Positions 54,701-64,000 of a stretch of DNA of 64,000 nucleotides are shown piece by piece. Each line of letters opens with the position of its first letter. Within the stretch, counting starts at the first letter, position 1. The stretch is from Lingula anatina. Lineage: Eukaryota; Animalia; Brachiopoda. The stretch spans positions 32,011,967 through 32,075,966 of the forward strand of contig CM120640.1 in NCBI GenBank assembly GCA_051362555.1, read 5' to 3'. The position numbers and the translations under genes were made by a program. The notes beneath the pieces were generated by a model that worked only from the letters and a program-made list of their open reading frames with translations, had not been told where the DNA came from and did not search any database.

Positions 54701-57700
54701 GGGGAGGATGGCGGGAGAGGTAAATTAAAAAGATCTAACCTCATTCCTGTTTCTTTTACAGGACATAGAAGATGATGTATGCATAGAAGACGATGAGCGA
54801 CTCTACCCAGACACAGACTTCACACATCGATAGAAGTTAAGGTTAGTAAACTTTTTATTTGGGGGAGGAGGGGGAGGATGGGGGAGAGGTAAATTAAAAA
54901 GTTCTAACCTCATTCCTATTTCTTTTACAGGACATAGAAGATGATGAATGCATAGAAGACGATGAGCGACTCTACCCAGACACAGACTTCACACATCGAT
55001 AGAAGTTAAGGTTAGTAAACTTTTTATTTGGGGGAGGGGGGGGGGAGGATATGGGAGAGGTAAATTAAAAAGATCTAACCTCATTCCTATTTCTTTTACA
55101 GGACATAGAAGATGATGAATGCATAGAAGACGATGAGCGACTCTACCCTGACATAGACTTCACACATCGATAGAAGTTAAGGTTAGTAAACTTTTTATTT
55201 TGGGGAGGGGGGGAGGATGGCGGGAGAGGTAAATTAAAAAGATCTAACCTCATTCCTGTTTCTTTTACAGGACATAGAAGATGATGAATGCCTACCAGCC
55301 TACCATCAAGCATTGACTACTCTTTGGATCAAGAATTTAAGGTTAGTAAATTTCATTTTTTGGAGGGGATAGGTAAATTGAATTAAAATCTAATCTAGTT
55401 TTATTTCCTTTACAGAACACAGAAGACGATGAAAGACTCTACCCAGACATAGACTTCACACATCGATAGAAGTTAAGGTTAGTAAACTTTTTATTTGGGG
55501 GAGGGGGGGGGAGGATGGGGGAGAAGTAAATTAAAAAGATCTAACCTCATTCCTATTACTTTTACAGGACATAGAAGATGATGAATGCATAGAAGACGAT
55601 GAGCGACTCTACCCAGACACAGACTTCACACATCGATAGAAGTTAAGGTTAGTAAACTTATTATTTGGGGGAGGGGGGGGGGAGGATGGGGGAGAGGTAA
55701 ATTAAAAAGATCTAACCTGATTCCTGTTTCTTTTACATGACATAGAAGATGATGTATGCATAGAAGACGATGAGCGACTCTACCCAGACACAGACTTCAC
55801 ACATCGATAGAAGTTAAGGTTAGTAAACTTTTTATTTGGGGGAGGGGGGGGGGGAGGATGGGGGAGAAGTAAATTAAAAAGATCTAACCTCATTCCTATT
55901 ACTTTTACAGGACATAGAAGATAATGAATGCATAGAAGACGATGAGCGACTCTACCCAGACACAGACTTTACACATCGATAGAAGTTAAGGTTAGTAAAC
56001 TTATTATTTGGGGGAGGGGGGGGGGAGGATGGGGGAGAGGTAAATTAAAAAGATCTAACCTCATTCCTGTTTCTTTTACAGGACATAGAAGATGATGTAT
56101 GCATAGAAGACGATGAGCGACTCTACCCAGACACAGACTTCACACATCGATAGAAGTTAAGGTTAGTAAACTTTTTATTTGGGGGAGGGGGGGGGAGGAT
56201 GGGGGACAGGTAAATTAAAAAGTTCTAACCTCATTCCTATTTCTTTTACAGGACATAGAAGATGATGAATGCATAGAAGACGATGAGCGACTCTACCCAG
56301 ACACAGACTTCACACATCGATAGAAGTTAAGGTTAGTAAACTTTTTATTTGGGGGAGGGGGGGGGGAGGATATGGGAGAGGTAAATTAAAAAGATCTAAC
56401 CTCATTCCTATTTCTTTTACAGGACATAGAAGATGATGAATGCATAGAAGACGATGAGCGACTCTACCCTGACATAGACTTCACACATCGATAGAAGTTA
56501 AGGTTAGTAAACTTTTTATTTGGGGGAGGGGGGGAGGATGGCGGGAGAGGTAAATTAAAAAGATCTAACCTCATTCCTGTTTCTTTTACAGGACATAGAA
56601 GATGATGAATGCCTACCAGCCTACCAGCCTACCATCAAGCATTGACTACTCTTTGGATCAAGAATTTAAGGTTAGTAAATTTCATTTTTTGGAGGGGATA
56701 GGTAAATTGAATTAAAATCTAATCTAGTTTTATTTCTTTTACAGAACACAGAAGACGATGAAAGACTCTACCCAGACATAGACTTCACACATCGATAGAA
56801 GTTAAGGTTAGTAAACTTTTTATTTGGGGGAGGGGGGGGGGAGGATGGGGGAGAAGTAAATTAAAAAGATCTAACCTCATTCCTATTACTTTTACAGGAC
56901 ATAGAAGATGATGAATGCATAGAAGACGATGAGCGACTCTACCCAGACATAGACTTCACACATCGATAGAAGTTAAGGTTAGTAAACTTTTTATTTGGGG
57001 GAGGGGGGGGAGGATGGGGGAGAAGTAAATTAAAAAGATCTAACCTCATTCCTATTACTTTTACAGGACATAGAAGATGATGAATGCATAGAAGACGATG
57101 AGCGACTCTACCCAGACACAGACTTTACACATCGATAGAAGTTAAGGTTAGTAAACTTATTATTTGGGGGAGGGGGGGGAGGATGGCGGGAGAGGTAAAT
57201 TAAAAAGATCTAACCTCATTCCTGTTTCTTTTACAGGACATAGAAGATGATGAATGCCTACCAGCCTACCATCAAGCATTGACTACTCTTTGGATCAAGA
57301 ATTTAAGGTTAGTAAATTTCATTTTTTGGAGGGGATAGGTAAATTGAATTAAGATCTAATCTAGTTTTATTTCCTTTACAGAACACAGAAGACGATGAAA
57401 GACTCTACCCAGACATAGACTTCACACATCGATAGAAGTTAAGGTTAGTAAACTTTTTATTTGGGGGAGGGGGGGGGAGGATGGGGGAGAAGTAAATTAA
57501 AAAGATCTAACCTCATTCCTATTACTTTTACAGGACATAGAAGATGATGAATGCATAGAAGACGATGAGCGACTCTACCCAGACACAGACTTCACACATC
57601 GATAGAAGTTAAGGTTAGTAAACTTATTATTTGGGGGAGGGGGGGGAGGATGGGGGAGAGGTAAATTAAAAAGATCTAACCTGATTCCTGTTTCTTTTAC

Positions 57701-60700
57701 ATGACATAGAAGATGATGTATGCATAGAAGACGATGAGCGACTCTACCCAGACACAGACTTCACACATCGATAGAAGTTAAGGTTAGTAAACTTTTTATT
57801 TGGGGGAGGGGGGGGGGGAGGATGGGGGAGAAGTAAATTAAAAAGATCTAACCTCATTCCTATTACTTTTACAGGACATAGAAGATAATGAATGCATGGA
57901 AGACGATGAGCGACTCTACCCAGACACAGACTTTACACATCGATAGAAGTTAAGGTTAGTAAACTTATTATTTGGGGGAGGGGGGGGGAGGATGGGGGAG
58001 AGGTAAATTAAAAAGATCTAACCTCATTCCTGTTTCTTTTACAGGACATAGAAGATGATGTATGCATAGAAGACGATGAGCGACTCTACCCAGACACAGA
58101 CTTCACACATCGATAGAAGTTAAGGTTAGTAAACTTTTTATTTGGGGGAGGGGGGGGGGGAGGATGGGGGAGAGGTAAATTAAAAAGTTCTAACCTCATT
58201 CCTATTTCTTTTACAGGACATAGAAGATGATGAATGCATAGAAGACGATGAGCGACTCTACCCTGACATAGACTTCACACATCGATAGAAGTTAAGGTTA
58301 GTAAACTTTTTATTTGGGGGAGGGGGGGAGGATGGCGGGAGAGGTAAATTAAAAAGATCTAACCTCATTCCTGTTTTTTTTACAGGACATAGAAGATGAT
58401 GAATGCCTACCAGCCTACCAGCCTACCATCAAGCATTGACTACTCTTTGGATCAAGAATTTAAGGTTAGTAAATTTCATTTTTTGGAGGGGATACGTAAA
58501 TTGAATTAAAATCTAATCTAGTTTTATTTCCTTTACAGAACACAGAAGACGATGAAAGACTCTACCCAGACATAGACTTCACACATCGATAGAAGTTAAG
58601 GTTAGTAAACTTTTTATTTGGGGGAGGGGGGGGGGAGGATGGGGGAGAAGTAAATTAAAAAGATCTAACCTCATTCCTATTACTTTTACAGGACATAGAA
58701 GATGATGAATGCATAGAAGACGATGAGCGACTCTACCCAGACATAGACTTCACACATCGATAGAAGTTAAGGTTAGTAAACTTTTTATTTGGGGGAGGGG
58801 GGGGGGAGGATGGGGGAGAAGTAAATTTAAAAGATCTAACCTCATTCCTATTACTTTTACAGGACATAGAAGATGATGAATGCATAGAAGACGATGAGCG
58901 ACTCTACCCAGACACAGACTTCACACATCGATAGAAGTTAAGGTTAGTAAACTTATTATTTGGGGGAGGGGGGGGGGAGGATCGGGGAGAGGTAAATTAA
59001 AAAGATCTAACCTGATTCCTGTTTCTTTTACAGGACATAGAAGATGATGTATGCATAGAAGACGATGAGCGACTCTACCCAGACACAGACTTCACACATC
59101 GATAGAAGTTATGGTTAGTAAACTTTTTATTTGGGGGAGGGGGGGGGGAGGATGGGGGAGAGGTAAATTAAAAAGATCTAACCTCATTCCTATTTCTTTT
59201 ACAGGACATAGAAGATGATGAATGCATAGAAGACGATGAGCGACTCTACCCTGACATAGACTTCACACATCGATAGAAGTTAAGGTTAGTTAACTTTTTA
59301 TTTGGGGGAGGGGGGGGGGGTAGGATGGCGGGAGAGGTAAATTAAAAAGATCTAACCTCATTCCTATTTCTTTTACAGGACATAGAAGATGATGAATGCC
59401 TACCAGCCTACCAGCCTACCAGCCTACCATCAAGCATTGACTACTCTTTGGATCAAGAATTTAAGGTTAGTAAATTTCATTTTTTTGGAGGGGATAGGTA
59501 AATTGAATAAAAATCTAATCTAGTTTTATTTCTTTTTACAGAACATAGAAGACTATGAGCGACTCTACCCTGACATAGAATTCACACATCGATAGAAGTT
59601 AAGGTTGGTAAACTTATTATTTGGGGAAGGGGGTCATGTGGGGAGAGGTAAATTAAAAAGATCTAACCTCATTCCTATTTATTTTACAGGACATAGAAGA
59701 TGATGAATGCATAGAAGACGATGAGCGACTCTACCCAGACACAGACCTCACACATCGATAGAAGTTAAGGTAAGTAAACTTTTTATTTGGGGGAGGGGGG
59801 GGGGGGAGGATGGGGGAGAGGTAAATTAAAAAGATCTAACCTCATTCCTATTTCTTTTACAGGACATAGAAGATGATGAATGCCTACCAGCCTACCAGCC
59901 TACCATCAAGCATTGAGTACTCTTTGGATCAAGAATTTAAGGTTAGTAAATTTCATTTTTTGGAGGGGATAGGTAAATTGAATTAAAATCTAATCTAGTT
60001 TTATTTCCTTTACAGAACACAGAAGACGATGAAAGACTCTACCCAGACACAGACTTCACACATCGATAGAAGTTAAGGTTAGTAAACTTATTATTTGGGG
60101 GAGGGGGGGATGTGGGGAGAGGTAAATTAAAAAGTTCTAACCTCATTCCTATTGCTTTTACAGGACATAGAAGATGATAAATGCATAGAAGACGATGAGC
60201 GACTCTACCCTGACATAGACTTCACACATCGATAGAAGTTAAGGTTAGTAAACTTTTTATTTGGGGGAGGGGGGGGGGAGGATGGCGGGAGAGGTAAATT
60301 AAAAAGATCTAACCTCATTCCTATTTCTTTTACAGGACATAGAAGATGATGAATGCCTACCAGCCTACCAGCCTACCATCAAGCATTGACTACTCTTTGG
60401 ATCAAGAATTTAAGGTTAGTAAATTTCATTTTTTGGAGGGGATAGGTAAATTGAATTAAAATCTAATCTAGTTTTATTTCCTTTACAGAACACAGAAGAC
60501 GATGAAAGACTCTACCCAGACACAGACTTCACACATCGATAGAAGTTAAGGTTAGTAAACATATTATTTGGGGGAGGGGGGGGGATGTGGGGAGAGGTAA
60601 ATTAAAAAGTTCTAACCTCATTCCTATTTCTTTTACAGGACATAGAAGATGATGAATGCATAGAAGACGATGAGCGACTCTACCCAGACACAGACTTCAC

Positions 60701-63700
60701 ACATCGATAGAAGTTAAGGTTAGTAAACTTTTTATTTGGGGGAGGGGGGGGATGGGGGAGAGGTAAATTAAAAAGATCTAACCTCATTCCTGTTTCTTTT
60801 ACAGGACATAGAAGATGATGCATGCATAGAAGACGATGAGCGACTCTACCCAGACACAGACTTCACACGTCGATAGAAGTTAAGGTTAGTAAACTTTTTA
60901 TTTGGGGGAGGGGGGGGGAGAATACGGGAGAGGTAAATTAAAAAGATCTAACCTCATTCCTGTTTCTTTTACAGGACATAGAAGATGATGTATGCATAGA
61001 AGACGATGAGCGACTCTACCCAGACACAGACTTCACACATCGATAGAAGTTAAGGTTAGTAAACTTTTTATTTGGGGGAGGGGGGGGAGGATGGGGGAGA
61101 GGTAAATTAAAAAGTTCTAACCTCATTCCTATTTCTTTTACAGGACATAGAAGATGATGAATGCATAGAAGACGATGAGCGACTCTACCCAGACACAGAC
61201 TTCACACATCGATAGAAGTTAAGGTTAGTAAACTTTTTATTTGGGGGAGGGGGGGGGGAGGATATGGGAGAGGTAAATTAAAAAGATCTAACCTCATTCC
61301 TATTTCTTTTACAGGACATAGAAGATGATGAATGCATAGAAGACGATGAGCGACTCTACCCTGACATAGACTTCACACATCGATAGAAGTTAAGGTTAGT
61401 AAACTTTTTATTTGGGGGAGGGGAGGGGGGGTAGGATGGCGGGAGAGGTAAATTAAAAAGATCTAACCTCATTCCTATTTCTTTTACAGGACATAGAAGA
61501 TGATGAATGCCCACCAGCCTACCAGCCTACCATCAAGCATTGACTACTCTTTGGATCAAGAATTTAAGGTTAGTAAATTTCATTTTTTGGAGGGGATAGG
61601 TAAATTGAATTAAAATCTAATCTAGTTTTATTTCATTTACAGAACACAGAAGACGATGAAAGACTCTACCCAGACATAGACTTCACACATCGATAGAAGT
61701 TAAGGTTAGTAAACATATTATTTGGGGGAGGGGGGGGGGATGTGGGGAGAGGTAAATTAAAAAGTTCTAACCTCATTCCTATTTCTTTTACAGGACATAG
61801 AAGATGATGAATGCATAGAAGACGATGAGCGACTCTACCCAGACACAGACTTCACACATCGATAGAAGTTAAGGTTAGTAAACTTTTTATTTGGGGGAGG
61901 GGGGGGGGATGGGGGAGAGGTAAATTAAAAAGATCTAACCTCATTCCTGTTTCTTTTACAGGACATAGAAGATGATGCATGCATAGAAGACGATGAGCGA
62001 CTCTACCCAGACACAGACTTCACACGTCGATAGAAGTTAAGGTTAGTAAACTTTTTATTTGGGGGAGGGGGGGGGGAGGATACGGGAGAGGTAAATTAAA
62101 AAGATCTAACCTCATTCCTGTTTCTTTTACAGGACATAGAAGATGATGTATGCATAGAAGACGATGAGCGACTCTACCCAGACACAGACTTCACACATCG
62201 ATAGAAGTTAAGGTTAGTAAACTTTTTATTTGGGGGAGGGGGGGGGGAGGATGGGGGAGAGGTAAATTAAAAAGTTCTAACCTCATTCCTATTTCTTTTA
62301 CAGGACATAGAAGATGATGAATGCATAGAAGACGATGAGCGACTCTACCCTGACATAGACTTCACACATCGATAGAAGTTAAGGTTAGTAAACTTTTTAT
62401 TTGGGGGAGGGGGGGAGGATGGCGGGAGAGGTAAATTAAAAAGATCTAACCTCATTCCTGTTTTTTTTACAGGACATAGAAGATGATGAATGCCTACCAG
62501 CCTACCAGCCTACCATCAAGCATTGACTACTCTTTGGATCAAGAATTTAAGGTTAGTAAATTTCATTTTTTGGAGGGGATAGGTAAATTGAATTAAAATC
62601 TAATCTAGTTTTATTTCCTTTACAGAACACAGAAGACGATGAAAGACTCTACCCAGACATAGACTTCACACATCGATAGACGTTAAGGTTAGTAAACTTT
62701 TTATTTGGGGGAGGGGGGGGGAGGATGGGGGAGAAGTAAATTAAAAAGATCTAACCTCATTCCTATTACTTTTACAGGACATAGAAGATGATGAATGCAT
62801 AGAAGACGATGAGCGACTCTACCCAGACATAGACTTCACACATCGATAGAAGTTAAGGTTAGTAAACTTTTTATTTGGGGGAGGGGGGGGGGGAGGATGG
62901 GGGAGAAGTAAATTTAAAAGATCTAACCTCATTCCTATTACTTTTACAGGACATAGAAGATGATGAATGCATAGAAGACGATGAGCGACTCTACCCAGAC
63001 ACAGACTTCACACATCGATAGAAGTTAAGGTTAGTAAACTTATTATTTGGGGGAGGGGGGGGGGGAGGATCGGGGAGAGGTAAATTAAAAAGATCTAACC
63101 TGATTCCTGTTTCTTTTACAGGACATAGAAGATGATGTATGCATAAAAGACGATGAGCGACTCTACCCAGACACAGACTTCACACATCGATAGAAGTTAT
63201 GGTTAGTAAACTTTTTATTTGGGGGAGGGGGGGGGAGGATGGGGGAGAGGTAAATTAAAAAGATCTAACCTCATTCCTATTTCTTTTACAGGACATAGAA
63301 GATGATGAATGCATAGAAGACGATGAGCGACTCTACCCTGACATAGACTTCACACATCGATAGAAGTTAAGGTTAGTTAACTTTTTATTTGGGGGAGGGG
63401 GGGGGGGTAGGATGGCGGGAGAGGTAAATTAAAAAGATCTAACCTCATTCCTATTTCTTTTACAGGACATAGAAGATGATGAATGCCTACCAGCCTACCA
63501 GCCTACCATCAAGCATTGACTACTCTTTGGATCATGAATTTAAGGTTAGTAAATTTCATTTTTTTGGAGGGGATAGGTAAATTGAATAAAAATCTAATCT
63601 AGTTTTATTTCTTTTTACAGAACATAGAAGACTATGAGCGACTCTACCCTGACATAGAATTCACACATCGATAGAAGTTAAGGTTGGTAAACTTATTATT

Positions 63701-64000
63701 TGGGGAAGGGGGTCATGTGGGGAGAGGTAAATTAAAAAGATCTAACCTCATTCCTATTTATTTTACAGGACATAGAAGATGATGAATGCATAGAAGACGA
63801 TGAGCGACTCTACCCAGACACAGACTTCACACATCGATAGAAGTTAAGGTAAGTAAACTTTTTATTTGGGGGAGGGGGGGGGGGAGGATGGGGGAGAGGT
63901 AAATTAAAAAGATCTAACCTCATTCCTATTTCTTTTACAGGACATAGAAGATGATGAATGCCTACCAGCCTACCAGCCTACCATCAAGCATTGACTACTC
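33750..64000 (+). repeat. Tandem array of >30 kb (runs off the window), roughly 180 units of about 140-170 bp; each unit is an exon-like segment plus a G-rich intron-like segment; three monomer types with higher-order repeats
   Basis: Main monomer, about 170 bp: GACATAGAAGATGATGAATGCATAGAAGACGATGAGCGACTCTACCCAGACACAGACTTCACACATCGATAGAAGTTAAG|GTTAGTAAACTTTTTATTT(G-run)AGGTAAATTAAAAAGATCTAACCTCATTCCTATTTCTTTTACAG. The unit count is estimated as length divided by period. Confidence 0.97.
33809..33871 (+). other. Intact 63-nt phase-0 exon-like founder unit, DIEDDECQPSNIDFSSDQEFK
   Basis: ttttacag|GAC...AAG|gttagt; open reading, length a multiple of 3; most divergent unit, at the array edge. Confidence 0.55.

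Noticed and set aside
33750-64000. CRISPR array
   Set aside because: There are no unique spacers, whole units are near-identical, the context is eukaryotic and no cas genes are present.
33809-64000. One giant spliced protein-coding gene
   Set aside because: The 80-, 79-, 71- and 62-nt exons have stops in frame 0 (CGA TAG or CAT TGA) and in both other frames. Among the units I read, only the 63-nt and 87-nt ones are open.
33809-64000. C/D-box snoRNA or hammerhead ribozyme repeats
   Set aside because: ATGATGA is present, but CTGA occurs only in minority variants, the motif lies in the exon-like part, and no terminal stem or CTGATGA...GAAA core is visible.

Overview
Eukaryotic (animal, invertebrate-like) genomic DNA in three parts. 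(1) 1833-20507 (+): the 3' 17 exons of a KDM3/JMJD1-family JmjC histone demethylase. Its 5' end lies outside the window, and the HxD...H catalytic triad is intact. (2) 22813-29418 (-): an 11-exon, about 896-aa MUS81-like ERCC4 nuclease. It has HhH, winged-helix and an intact GDxnERKx3D motif, but the usual C-terminal (HhH)2 is replaced by a long disordered tail ending in a CUE-like domain and a SIM-like VVDLT. Several short MITE-like elements lie in and upstream of this gene. (3) About 33750 to the end of the window: a >30-kb tandem array of roughly 180 units of about 140-170 bp. Each unit reads on the + strand as a complete exon+intron cassette (AAG|GTTAGT donor, G-run, CTAAC branch point, pyrimidine tract, TTTTACAG| acceptor). 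The first unit is a clean 63-nt phase-0 exon encoding an acidic peptide. Almost all amplified units carry small frame-breaking insertions while keeping their splice signals. This splice-cassette satellite is the most unusual element. All exon structures were derived by eye, without RNA evidence.
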